A DNA stretch of 61,177 nucleotides, the filler included. It is 4 parts of 4 records of this genome, joined end to end, with 100 filler letters (N's around TTAATTAATTAA, not from the genome) between each part and the next. Parts side by side here need not be neighbours in the genome. Positions count along the whole stretch, not along the records: positions 47,255 to 61,177 come from SRR31156797_3511; 3 more parts are not named here. One strand, 5' to 3'. Shown piece by piece: positions 48,965 to 58,597 of this stretch (within the stretch, counting starts at the first letter, position 1; each line of letters starts with the position of its first letter). The notes beneath the pieces are model-generated. The model saw only the letters and a list, made by a program, of their open reading frames with translations, was not told the origin of the DNA and did no database searches. A program made the position numbers and the translations under genes.

Positions 48965-49927
48965 ATGAAACGACTTGCAATTGTATTTTCTATTCTCTTT
49001 TTTTCTGTCTCCCTGCTGCCTCTTAGCGCTGCGGGACAAAGCGAGGGCGATGCCGATCAGAAGACACTGGCGGTCTGTCTGCCGGGAAGCGTTGAGTTCT
49101 TTTCCGTTCAGAAAAAAGGAATGGATAAAGCTGCTTCGGATTTCGGACTGAAATTGATCTATTCGGATGCTGAATGGGATGCCGCCAAACAGCTCAGTCA
49201 GGTTGAAAACTTTGTAGCGAGAGGCGTCGACGCTGTGATGCTCTGTGCTGCGGACAACCAGGCCCTTCTTCCGGCGGTAAGGCTTTGTAATGAGGCTTCT
49301 ATTCCTCTCTTTACTTTTACCAATACCCTGGGTGCCGATCCCAACGGCCAGGTTGACGGAATTGAGACCTTTATCGGAATCAATGAGATATCCCTTGGGC
49401 ATATGATGGGCGAAATGGCCGAAGCCCTTCTGGGCGAGAATGAGGCCAACATTGTCCTGATCGAAGGAAATCCCGGCACGGCTCCCCAGAGAATGAGGAC
49501 CGAGGGTTTTATGGAATATGTGAATAAGCACAGCAACTGGAAGATCGTATATCAGCAGGCCATCCCGGGATGGACCAAGGAGGGAGCCCTGTCCGCAGTA
49601 GAGGCCGTGCTTCAGTCCGGAGAGAGAATCGATCTGATAAGCTGTCAGTGGTACAACGGAGCTGCCGCTGCGGCGATGGCGATCGAAGAATCCGGTAACT
49701 CTGGCGATGTGTACATTACAGGACTCGAGTTCTCAAAAGAACTGATCCCCCTGATCCGGGACGGTAAGGTGGATATGACCTCCAACTACTCTATCGAAGG
49801 GGCCGGTTATACTGTTATCGAGACAGCGAATAAATACTTCAATGGCGATAAAATCCCTTCCTTTATCCCTCTGGACGCCTATATCGTGGACGGTAAAAAT
49901 GTGGATTCTGTAACGCCAGAGCTGTAA
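48965..49927 (+). CDS. Sugar ABC transporter substrate-binding protein (RbsB-like)
   Basis: Signal ending AAGQSE (spirochaete-style); DAEWDAAKQLSQVENFVARGVDA, IEGNPG, RTEGF. Confidence 0.9.
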   Translation: MKRLAIVFSILFFSVSLLPLSAAGQSEGDADQKTLAVCLPGSVEFFSVQKKGMDKAASDFGLKLIYSDAEWDAAKQLSQVENFVARGVDAVMLCAADNQALLPAVRLCNEASIPLFTFTNTLGADPNGQVDGIETFIGINEISLGHMMGEMAEALLGENEANIVLIEGNPGTAPQRMRTEGFMEYVNKHSNWKIVYQQAIPGWTKEGALSAVEAVLQSGERIDLISCQWYNGAAAAAMAIEESGNSGDVYITGLEFSKELIPLIRDGKVDMTSNYSIEGAGYTVIETANKYFNGDKIPSFIPLDAYIVDGKNVDSVTPEL

Positions 49928-49954
49928 GGTCTCTGGATTTCTGAGGATTTACTA

Positions 49955-49977
49955 CCGGGACAGCTCTGCTGTCCCGG
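49955..49977 (+). promoter_or_regulatory. Intercistronic hairpin after the binding-protein gene (probable mRNA stabiliser)
   Basis: CCGGGACAGC-TCT-GCTGTCCCGG, 10-bp perfect stem with no U-tract. Confidence 0.6.
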
Positions 49978-49994
49978 ATAAGGATGGAGACACT

Positions 49995-51191
49995 ATGACT
50001 TGGGGAACTCAGCTCTATCTGAGTGCTGACGAAAAAAAGAGGTACAGCCTCGAAGATCTTGAAACAAAACTACAAAGAATCATTCGGAGGCCGGGAATGA
50101 GCCGCCTGATGTTCTGGAATACACGGGATGATGAATATACAGAGGCCGTGCTGCGAATTTGCAGGGAAAACTCAAAAGAGTGCTGGCTCTGGTTTCCCGT
50201 TCTTGCGGATTCTCTCGTCTCTTCGGAGCATGCGCAGCCTTCGGTGAATCATAAGGGCGAGAGCGGACTCTCTTCTCCCGGCGCAATGAAACTGGACGGC
50301 GATGGGGAAGAGGACTTCTCCTTCATATGCCCTTCAGACAGAGCCTTTGAAGAGCAGACTGAATCGCATCTGGCAGAACTGTTGGAGCGATATGATTACG
50401 ACGGCGTATTTCTGGATCGAATCCGCTTCCCGTCCTTCGCCAATGGACTGCCTCTGCTCTTTTCCTGCGTCTGTCCGGAATGCTGCCGCAGGATGGGTAT
50501 CGACAAGGAACAGATCGCCCGCGAGTTCGAATCTCTGACGGGTGACGCGTTTCTTTCTCTGTTCTGCGGAATCGGCGATGCGGGGGACGGGCGAAAGAAT
50601 TACAGTCATATTCAAAGGTTCATTGATGAGAGAATGAAGCTCATAACGGATAAGGTGGAAAGACTGAACCGCATTATCCGCAGCAAAGACAGGGCTATGG
50701 CCCTGGACCTTTTCTCGCCCGGGCTTGCCCAGGCCGTAGGGCAGGATTACAACGCTCTGAGCCGTTTCGCCGATTGGGTTAAGCCTATGACATACGCTAT
50801 GGCATGGGGGCCCGCCGGAATCCCGCTCGAACTGGACTGCCTGCATAGAGGCATACGCGAAAGCTTCCCCGATTTGGGGGAGGACGATATTACAAATGCA
50901 TTGGGAAAGATGATCGGCTGCGATCTGAAACCCTATTGGGATGACAGAAGCAGTGAGGGCTTTCCGGCTTCCGTTGCCTATTCCGAATGGAAGAGAACCG
51001 GGGGGCTCTCTGAGAGCTGCCGCTTCCTTCCGGGGATAGAGCTTGTTCATAGCGAGCTATTTCATACAAAGGTTTCTGAGGCGAGGGCCGCGGAAACGCT
51101 TGAACTCTTCAGGGGGAAAACCGAATTAATAGCCTGTTGGAACTGCCTGGAAATTCCCGAAACGTATTTCACAATGCTGGATAGAGGATAA
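49995..51191 (+). CDS. Uncharacterised cytoplasmic glycoside-hydrolase-like TIM-barrel protein
   Basis: FICPS, YDYDGVFLDRIRFP, CVCPECC, GQDY, DWVKPMTY resemble GHL10/DUF187-type proteins; no signal peptide. Confidence 0.6.
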   Translation: MTWGTQLYLSADEKKRYSLEDLETKLQRIIRRPGMSRLMFWNTRDDEYTEAVLRICRENSKECWLWFPVLADSLVSSEHAQPSVNHKGESGLSSPGAMKLDGDGEEDFSFICPSDRAFEEQTESHLAELLERYDYDGVFLDRIRFPSFANGLPLLFSCVCPECCRRMGIDKEQIAREFESLTGDAFLSLFCGIGDAGDGRKNYSHIQRFIDERMKLITDKVERLNRIIRSKDRAMALDLFSPGLAQAVGQDYNALSRFADWVKPMTYAMAWGPAGIPLELDCLHRGIRESFPDLGEDDITNALGKMIGCDLKPYWDDRSSEGFPASVAYSEWKRTGGLSESCRFLPGIELVHSELFHTKVSEARAAETLELFRGKTELIACWNCLEIPETYFTMLDRG

Positions 51192-51196
51192 ATATA

Positions 51197-52690
51197 ATGC
51201 CGGAAAAAATACTCTCTCTGGAAAACATCAACAAAAGCTTCTCTGGAGTGGGCGTTCTGCAGAATATCTGTTGGGATGTTCACAAGGGAAAGGTTCACGC
51301 CCTTCTGGGAGAAAACGGGGCTGGTAAATCAACACTGATAAAGATCATTTCCGGAGTCTATTCTCTGACATCGGGAAAGGTCTGTCTTGAGGGAAAGGGG
51401 ATAGATTTCAGTTCTCCCCAGGACGCTGTGAAGGCCGGAATCAATGTGATCTATCAGGAAACGAGTCTGGTCCCCACCCTGACTGTGCTTGAAAATGTGT
51501 TCCTGGGGATTGAACCGATTCACAACCGTTTGATCGATGAGAAGGATATGGAGCTGCGCTACGGTTCTCTGGTGAAAAAGGTCGGAGTGGATATCGACAG
51601 GAATCAGAAGGTTTCAAGCCTGGGCGTGGCTGAAAAAAAGATCGTCGAGATCATGAAAGCGCTTGCCAGAGAAAGCCGGCTCATCATTATGGATGAACCT
51701 ACTGACTCTTTGTCCGCGAGGGAGGTGGACCTGCTTTTCCATGTTATAAAGGATCTGAAGAGCAAGGGGATCACCCTTATTTATATCACCCATTTTCTGG
51801 ATGAAGTCTTCCGCATCTCCGACAGAATCACCATACTGAAGGATGGTCAGCTGGTCTGTGACAAGCCGGCAGAAGAGATGACTGTAGAATCCATCGTGTC
51901 CCATATGGTCGGCGACATCCTGACACTGGAAGGGACGGCCGAACTGGGGCCCGAGGCCTATGACGCTCCCCGTCTGGAGGTCAGGGGGCTCAGGGCCGAT
52001 GAAACCGTGAGGCCCAGCAGTTTTAAGCTCTATCCCGGTGAGGTCCTCGGCATTACTGGGGTCGTGGGAGCCGGAAAGTCCGAATTGGGGCATGCGCTTT
52101 TCGGTGCGGTCAGACGGGCGGGAGGGGAGATCCTGCTGAACGGAAAACCCTGCCGCGTCAAGTCGCCCCGGGACGCCGTTAGCGCTGGCATTGGGATGAC
52201 TACCGAAGACAGGAAGGAGACGGGGCTTCTCCTGGACGATTCGATCAGGCACAACCTGACACTGGCCTCCCTGGGCAGAATCTTAAAGAACGGTATCATT
52301 CGCTCTGAAAGCGAGTTGGAGCTTGCTGAAAGAAGCTGCAGGAATCTTGAAGTGAAATCCACGGGACCGGAACAGCATCTGCGCTTTTTGAGCGGAGGAA
52401 ATCAACAGAAAATCGTTATTGGAAAATGGCTCGCCGCTGATCCGGATATACTCATAATGGATGAGCCTACAAGGGGAATCGATATCGGTGCCAAGCAGGC
52501 CGTCTATAAGGTTATCAGAGAGCTGGCATCCAAGGGAAAATCGGTCATCTTCATATCTTCCGAACTGCCGGAAGTACACGCCCTCTGCCACAGGATACTT
52601 GTGATGGGAAGAGGATATGTACAGAAGGAGTTTACTCCCGGAGATTCTATAGAATCCATAATGAAAGCCATGCTGGAAGGAGACGCATAA
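51197..52690 (+). CDS. Sugar ABC transporter ATP-binding protein (tandem NBD, RbsA-like)
   Basis: GENGAGKST, IMDEPT, second NBD GVVGAGKSE, LSGGNQQK, DEPTRGIDIGAK. Confidence 0.95.
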   Translation: MPEKILSLENINKSFSGVGVLQNICWDVHKGKVHALLGENGAGKSTLIKIISGVYSLTSGKVCLEGKGIDFSSPQDAVKAGINVIYQETSLVPTLTVLENVFLGIEPIHNRLIDEKDMELRYGSLVKKVGVDIDRNQKVSSLGVAEKKIVEIMKALARESRLIIMDEPTDSLSAREVDLLFHVIKDLKSKGITLIYITHFLDEVFRISDRITILKDGQLVCDKPAEEMTVESIVSHMVGDILTLEGTAELGPEAYDAPRLEVRGLRADETVRPSSFKLYPGEVLGITGVVGAGKSELGHALFGAVRRAGGEILLNGKPCRVKSPRDAVSAGIGMTTEDRKETGLLLDDSIRHNLTLASLGRILKNGIIRSESELELAERSCRNLEVKSTGPEQHLRFLSGGNQQKIVIGKWLAADPDILIMDEPTRGIDIGAKQAVYKVIRELASKGKSVIFISSELPEVHALCHRILVMGRGYVQKEFTPGDSIESIMKAMLEGDA

Positions 52691-52693
52691 GCC

Positions 52694-53653
52694 ATGAACT
52701 CAGTGAATATACTAAACCAGAAGAGTTTGACTCAGATAACGCAGAAATACGGAATCATGATTCTGTTTTCCATACTCAGTATCATAATTTCAATTGTCAC
52801 GCCCAACTTTCTGAACAGCCAGAATATCATCAATATTCTGAGACAGAGCTCTATTATCGGAGTGATGGCCATAGGAACGACCTTTGTTATCATCGGGGGA
52901 GGATTTGATATCTCGGTGGGCAGCGTGCTGGCCCTCTCTGCGGCAATGGCCCTCGGGTTGCAGGCGCATATGCACTGGTTCCTTGCCATGGCTGTCGTTC
53001 TCCTTGTGGGGATCGCCATCGGATTCTGCAACGGATTCCTCGCCGCCAAGATCGGGATCGTTCCGATTATCGCTACCCTGGGAACCCAGACCTTTGTCCG
53101 TGGGCTTACCTATATGTATACCGGAGGGTATCCCGTTACCGGAGACTCCCAGGGATTCCAGTTTATCGGTTCCGGATATATCGGCGTCATCCCCTTTCCT
53201 ATAATCCTTCTTTTGTCCCTGGTTTTTCTCTGGCAGTTTGTGTTGAGCAAAACTCCTCTCGGGCGCTACAGCTGTGCCATCGGTGGGAATAAGGAGGCCA
53301 CGAGGCTCTCGGGTGTCAATGTGGATTTTTATCAGATCATGACCTTTGTCATCGGAGGAGGAATGGCCGCGATGGCCGGTATCGTCTATGCGGCGCGCCT
53401 GAGTTCGGCCACGCCCCTGGCAGGCCAGGGCTACGATCTTGATGCGATCGCGTCAACGGTTATCGGCGGTACCAGTGTTTCGGGAGGACAGGGCAGCATC
53501 GTGGGAACCCTGATCGGGGTTCTTCTGATGACGATTCTGAATAATATGTTCAATCTCATGGGCGTGCAGGTCTATGTTCAGTACCTTGTCAAAGGAATGA
53601 TTATCCTCCTTGTCGTGGGCATCGACTCCTACTCCAAAAAGCAGAAGAACTGA
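52694..53653 (+). CDS. Sugar ABC transporter permease (RbsC-like)
   Basis: GGFDISVGS, IATLG, AIGGNKEATRLSGV, LDAIASTVIGGTSVSGG. Confidence 0.95.
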   Translation: MNSVNILNQKSLTQITQKYGIMILFSILSIIISIVTPNFLNSQNIINILRQSSIIGVMAIGTTFVIIGGGFDISVGSVLALSAAMALGLQAHMHWFLAMAVVLLVGIAIGFCNGFLAAKIGIVPIIATLGTQTFVRGLTYMYTGGYPVTGDSQGFQFIGSGYIGVIPFPIILLLSLVFLWQFVLSKTPLGRYSCAIGGNKEATRLSGVNVDFYQIMTFVIGGGMAAMAGIVYAARLSSATPLAGQGYDLDAIASTVIGGTSVSGGQGSIVGTLIGVLLMTILNNMFNLMGVQVYVQYLVKGMIILLVVGIDSYSKKQKN

Positions 53654-53710
53654 AAAACCGCTATCATCTTTATGGTGACTTAAGTATGGGAACAGGAATA
53701 TAATGCCGGC

Positions 53711-55066
53711 ATGACAGACAGTAAGAGTAATGACAAAAGGATGAACCATGTACTTATCGTCGATGACGAGCTCGAGTACTGTCTGTCCATGAAAGATCTC
53801 TTCGAGGAGTCCGGTTATGTCTGTTCCCATACGACTGAGCCAGAATCCGTTATCGGGCTGCTGAAGTCTGAGGATGTCGATCTTATTCTCCTTGATCTGA
53901 AGATGCCGGGACTCGGTGGCATAGATCTTCTGAAGAGGATCAGGATCTACGATTCTCTGGTTCCCGTCATTATCGTTTCGGGGCATGTGGATATTGAAAC
54001 GACGGTGCAGGCTATGCAGATAGGAGCCATGAATGTCCTGAAGAAGCCCGTGCGTTTCAACAGAATGCTTGAGGAAATCTCGGGGATCCTCGATCCCGGA
54101 GCGAAGCCGCTCCCTTCAAATGGTGTCGCCTTAGCCGATTCGCCTATCATCTGCGGCCATAAGGGGATGTTGGAGATTATCCGTTCCCTTAAAAAAGTAG
54201 CCGAAACGAATGCTCCTGTATTGATCACGGGCGAAAGCGGAACGGGGAAGGAGCTGATCGCCGATGAGATCCATCGCTTGAGCAGGCGCGGGGACAAGAA
54301 ATTTGTTAAACTGAATTGCGCTTCCCTTCCTGAATCGCTGCTGGAAAGCGAACTCTTCGGCCACAGGAAGGGTGCCTTTACTGGAGCTGACAAGGACAGG
54401 CACGGACGTTTCAGTCTGGCTGACGGGGGCAGCATGTTCCTGGATGAGATGGGAGATATGAGCCTGACGATTCAGGCAAAGCTGCTCCGGGTGCTTCAGG
54501 ATAGTCAGGTCACGGCCCTTGGCGCGGATGAGGCGACGTCCGTTGATGTCAGAATAATCGCGGCAACGAACAAGGATCTTCCCGCTATGATGGAAGCCGG
54601 GAGCTTCCGAGAAGATCTTTACTACAGGCTGTCGGTGGTTCATTTTGAGCTCCCCCCTCTTCGGGAGAGAAAGGAGGATATCCTCCTATTGGCCGAAGCA
54701 TTCCGCGAGGAGGCATGTCGCGAGTACGGAAGACGGATCACCGGATTCGAAAGGGAGGTTACGGATATTCTCCGGGCCCATATGTGGCCTGGAAATATCA
54801 GGGAACTGAAGAACTGTATTCAACGCTCCGTGATTTTCTGTGAAAATGAGCTGATCTCGAAGGGGGATCTCCCCTCTCAGTACCAGGACATACAAAGGAT
54901 GAACTGGTCTGACGAATATGAGAGAGCCATTGATAATATAAACAGAAAGCTAATTGAAGAAGCCTTGCGTAAGAGCCGGGGCAGGAAGTCAAAGGCGGCG
55001 GAGCTTCTGAATATCGATCGGAAAACCCTTTATAACAAGATGAAGAAGCTGAGTATCGGAGAGTAG
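53711..55066 (+). CDS. Sigma54-dependent response regulator (NtrC family)
   Basis: REC LLDLKMP, GESGTGKE, ESELFGH, GAFTGA, FREDLYYRL, WPGNIREL, Fis HTH. Start may be 53741. Confidence 0.95.
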   Translation: MTDSKSNDKRMNHVLIVDDELEYCLSMKDLFEESGYVCSHTTEPESVIGLLKSEDVDLILLDLKMPGLGGIDLLKRIRIYDSLVPVIIVSGHVDIETTVQAMQIGAMNVLKKPVRFNRMLEEISGILDPGAKPLPSNGVALADSPIICGHKGMLEIIRSLKKVAETNAPVLITGESGTGKELIADEIHRLSRRGDKKFVKLNCASLPESLLESELFGHRKGAFTGADKDRHGRFSLADGGSMFLDEMGDMSLTIQAKLLRVLQDSQVTALGADEATSVDVRIIAATNKDLPAMMEAGSFREDLYYRLSVVHFELPPLRERKEDILLLAEAFREEACREYGRRITGFEREVTDILRAHMWPGNIRELKNCIQRSVIFCENELISKGDLPSQYQDIQRMNWSDEYERAIDNINRKLIEEALRKSRGRKSKAAELLNIDRKTLYNKMKKLSIGE

Positions 55067-55074
55067 ATAAAGCT

Positions 55075-56868
55075 ATGGACGAAGTTCTCCTGATGAATGA
55101 TATCCATCACTCCTATGGAGAGAAGAAGGCCTTGAAGGGTGTCGATTTCAGGCTTTTCAAGGGGGAAATCCATGCCTTGGTAGGGGATCACAGGGCCGGA
55201 AAGTCTACTCTGATCAAATTGCTTTGCGGAGCCCTCCGCTGCCGTAAGGGAGAGATCGTGCTTCCTTCCGGTTCCTACTCCTCCCTGACTCCGCGCAGGG
55301 CCCATCGGGAAGGGATAGGAGTTGTCTTTCAGGAAGAGTCTCTGGTCCCTTCCATGAACGCCATTGATAATATCTTTTCCGGTCATTACAGGCTGTTTCC
55401 TGGGGGCGCTATCCGGTATAAGCAACATGCGGAAGAACTGAGGCGTTTCTGCGATTCTATGGATCTCGATCTTGATTCTAATCGAGCCGTTTCCCAGATC
55501 GACAAGGTTCATCAGCATCTGATCGAGTTTATAAAGGCAATCTATTTCAATCCCTCAATTCTGATCCTGGACGAGATCTCCACACGCTTTACACCCAGAG
55601 AGATGGATCTCATTTATAAACAAGTTCTGAAGTTGAAGAAGAACGGTCTGGGGATCATTTATATTTCCCATGATATGGATGAGGTAATGGAATTCGCTGA
55701 CAGGGTCACCATCCTCAAGGACGGGCAGTGCAGAAAGACCGAGAGCATCGGGAATCTCAGCAAGATGCAGCTTTACTATATGACCTATTCCCGGGAACTA
55801 TCCAGAAAGGAACTGCGGCAGGCCAATTTTGAACTCTATAAGTTCAAGAAGTATAACGAAGCCATAATCCGCAATATCCCGGTGGGAGCCGTCATCCTGG
55901 ATAGGGAACAGAAGATCTATCAGGTGAATGAAATCGCCTCTTCCCTGCTTCGCTTCAAAGGGCAGAAAGAGGGCAGCCTGGACATGGTTCTGGAAGGCGT
56001 GAGACCTGATAAAGCTGATGAAATCAGCTTGGCCGTCAAAGGTGAAAGGCGGCTTCATCTTGAAGGTGTCGCATATGGCGAGGATAGTGTCTTCGACCTG
56101 CTTTGCACTCCCTTCAGCGGCGACGACGGGGAAGCCGGCGGAACAATCATCCTTATCGATGACAAGACTGAGGCCCTGAAGCTCCGAGATTATATGAGGC
56201 GGACAGAACAAATTTCATCCATCGCCGAGTTAGCCGCCGGAGTCGCCCATGAAATCAATAATCCCCTGAACATCATCCTGAACTACATGGATCTGCTCTC
56301 CCTGGCCATTCAGGATGAACCGTCTGTCGGAAGGCTGAAAAAGATTGAAAGGGAAATTCAGAGGATTACCGAAATCACGGGCAGTCTGCTTTCCTTTTCC
56401 AAGGTCCAGGACACAGAGATGGCTGAATTCGATCTGAAGATGGCTCTTGATGAGGCTCTCCTTCTTTTGAAATACCGAATCGAGTCGAGAGAGGTCGGGC
56501 TCCATATGGACCTGCCGGAAGAGCCTGTCATCATCACTGGAAATATGAATAAGCTGGAGCAGGTCTTTATCAATCTGATTATGAACAGCCTGGATGTCCT
56601 TCCCCGTAGGGGAGAGTTGAGGATTCATATCGACAGGGGCGAGCATACCGTTAGGGCTAGTGTTTCGGATAACGGTCCGGGAATTGATGAAACTATTGTC
56701 GATAATATCTTCAATCCTTTCTATACAACCAAGCTTGCAGATAAGAACTCCGGACTGGGACTCTCAGTTTCACTGCATATTATGTCCGAACATAGAGGGA
56801 CGATCGAATACCTCCGCGTAAACGGTCTTACTACTTTTTTACTGACCTTCCCAACGCCGGATGATTAG
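55075..56868 (+). CDS. Fusion protein: sugar-type ABC ATPase domain + PAS-like domain + histidine kinase
   Basis: NBD: GDHRAGKST, VVFQE, ILILDEI, IYISH, ADRVTILKDG. PAS-like: IIRNIPVGAVILD...QVN. Kinase: AGVAHEINNPL, EQVFINLIMNS, DNGPGI, FNPFYTTK, GLGLS. One uninterrupted 597-aa ORF, no TM. Confidence 0.9.
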   Translation: MDEVLLMNDIHHSYGEKKALKGVDFRLFKGEIHALVGDHRAGKSTLIKLLCGALRCRKGEIVLPSGSYSSLTPRRAHREGIGVVFQEESLVPSMNAIDNIFSGHYRLFPGGAIRYKQHAEELRRFCDSMDLDLDSNRAVSQIDKVHQHLIEFIKAIYFNPSILILDEISTRFTPREMDLIYKQVLKLKKNGLGIIYISHDMDEVMEFADRVTILKDGQCRKTESIGNLSKMQLYYMTYSRELSRKELRQANFELYKFKKYNEAIIRNIPVGAVILDREQKIYQVNEIASSLLRFKGQKEGSLDMVLEGVRPDKADEISLAVKGERRLHLEGVAYGEDSVFDLLCTPFSGDDGEAGGTIILIDDKTEALKLRDYMRRTEQISSIAELAAGVAHEINNPLNIILNYMDLLSLAIQDEPSVGRLKKIEREIQRITEITGSLLSFSKVQDTEMAEFDLKMALDEALLLLKYRIESREVGLHMDLPEEPVIITGNMNKLEQVFINLIMNSLDVLPRRGELRIHIDRGEHTVRASVSDNGPGIDETIVDNIFNPFYTTKLADKNSGLGLSVSLHIMSEHRGTIEYLRVNGLTTFLLTFPTPDD

Positions 56869-56959
56869 GAATATCAATGTATGAGATCCATCCTGGATTT
56901 CTATGTTTTATATTTCTTAGTTATTCATATATTTTATTCGCAATAAAATTAATATAAGA

Positions 56960-56988
56960 TTGACATCTATAGATCGTAAGATCATAAT
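56960..56988 (+). promoter_or_regulatory. Putative sigma70 promoter
   Basis: TTGACA-17 bp-CATAAT, 50 bp upstream of ATG 57039. Confidence 0.6.
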
Positions 56989-57038
56989 ACCTGAAGGCGT
57001 AAAATTCAAAAAAATAAAATAATAGCAAGGGACCTACG

Positions 57039-57593
57039 ATGAAATGTTTGATGATAATTGATATGCAAAAGGGTCTGTTTACTGAGGACAATCCTCGGTT
57101 TAATTCGGAGGAAGTAATCCAGAATATTAAAATTTTATCAGCATGTTTTCGAAGTAATAGTTTTCCTGTCTTCTATATACAACATAACGGAATGTATGAA
57201 GATGATTTTAAACCTAATACAAGAGAATGGGAAATACTTGAAGAAATATTCCCATTGAAAGAAGATATAGTAATAGAGAAATATTCGAATGATTCATTCT
57301 ATAATTCTAAACTCGAAAAGAAATTACAGGAAATGAGGGTAGAGAAATTATATATCACAGGCTGTGCTACAGATTTCTGTGTCAACTCAACAGTTCAATC
57401 CGCATATTTTAAAGGCTATAATGTCACAGTTGTTGCTGATTCGCATACAACTGGTAAGAGACCGAAGCTCAGTGCTGAAGATGTAATAGATCATTATAAT
57501 TGGTTATGGAGTGAGTTAATCCCAATCAATAAGAAAGCTATATCAGTGAAAAAAACAAACCATATTATTAATGAGATAAAATATGAGAATTAG
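57039..57593 (+). CDS. Isochorismatase-family cysteine hydrolase
   Basis: IIDMQ, EKYSNDSF, ITGCATDFCV, DSHTT. Confidence 0.9.
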   Translation: MKCLMIIDMQKGLFTEDNPRFNSEEVIQNIKILSACFRSNSFPVFYIQHNGMYEDDFKPNTREWEILEEIFPLKEDIVIEKYSNDSFYNSKLEKKLQEMRVEKLYITGCATDFCVNSTVQSAYFKGYNVTVVADSHTTGKRPKLSAEDVIDHYNWLWSELIPINKKAISVKKTNHIINEIKYEN

Positions 57594-57656
57594 AAATTTA
57601 GTATATAGAGTCATTGAGTAGGTAACGTACTTCTATAAACTTATTCCATGTCTGAT

Positions 57657-58586
57657 TTAGACTATTTTTTTACTTTTATTTTTGAAATAAAATGGAGAAT
57701 AACCCGTTTCCCTTTTAAAAAGCTTTGAGAAGGAGGAAGGATGCTCAAATCCCAGAGCATATGCAACTTCTTTAATTGACATATCAGATCCAAGAAGAAA
57801 GGATTTCGCTTGTTTGATCAGATGGTAATGGATATGGTCTTGTGTGCTTTTACCAGTTTCTCTTTTAAGTAGATCGCTTAAATGATTAGGAGATAACCCC
57901 ATTTGCATAGCACAGTGCTGAACACTTGGAATTCCGTTGATCCTTGAATTGCCGAAAAGAAAGTAGTCATTTAAGATTTTATTGAACTGTTTTAACCTGC
58001 TAGAGTGACTTAAATCCATCTCTGTGAATTGTCTTCCGCAGAATCTTATACAGTAATTTAATAAAAGCTCAAGATTCGAAACTATTAGTTTATTACTATA
58101 TTCGTCCTTTATCCTTGAGTATTCATCAACAATTCTACTTACCGTTTCCTCAATGATAACCTTTTCATTCTTTGATAGCAGCAAGGCTTGATGGACTTCA
58201 TACTCGAAAAAAGAGAATAAATCAATATTTACCGCCAAGTCAAAGCTTGATATCAAATCTGGATGGAAGAAGAGCCCCCATCCATCAGAAGCCGATAGTT
58301 TCTTTTCTAACGATAACGTTCTGTTAGGCGAAGAAAAAGCAATTGAGCCTTCACTGAAATCAAAGTAGTCATCACCATATTTCATCGATTCTGACACACA
58401 TGATTCTTTAAAGAATACAGAATAAAGAGAAGAACTGAATTTAATAGGAGTAGTGATAACTTCATGTATTCTATTGAAATCGATTTTACATATATATGGG
58501 TGTTTCGACTGGCAACCTGTCAACTCACAAATTTCAAGTACTGAAGATACATAAATCGTACTACTCATAATATTATTCCTGATCAT
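57657..58586 (-). CDS. AraC-family transcriptional regulator
   Basis: C-terminal HTH LSPNHLSDLLKRETG...IKEVAYALGFEHPSSFSKLFKRETG. Start may be 58568. Confidence 0.9.
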   Translation of the reverse strand: MIRNNIMSSTIYVSSVLEICELTGCQSKHPYICKIDFNRIHEVITTPIKFSSSLYSVFFKESCVSESMKYGDDYFDFSEGSIAFSSPNRTLSLEKKLSASDGWGLFFHPDLISSFDLAVNIDLFSFFEYEVHQALLLSKNEKVIIEETVSRIVDEYSRIKDEYSNKLIVSNLELLLNYCIRFCGRQFTEMDLSHSSRLKQFNKILNDYFLFGNSRINGIPSVQHCAMQMGLSPNHLSDLLKRETGKSTQDHIHYHLIKQAKSFLLGSDMSIKEVAYALGFEHPSSFSKLFKRETGYSPFYFKNKSKKIV

Positions 58587-58597
58587 TATTGATATAA

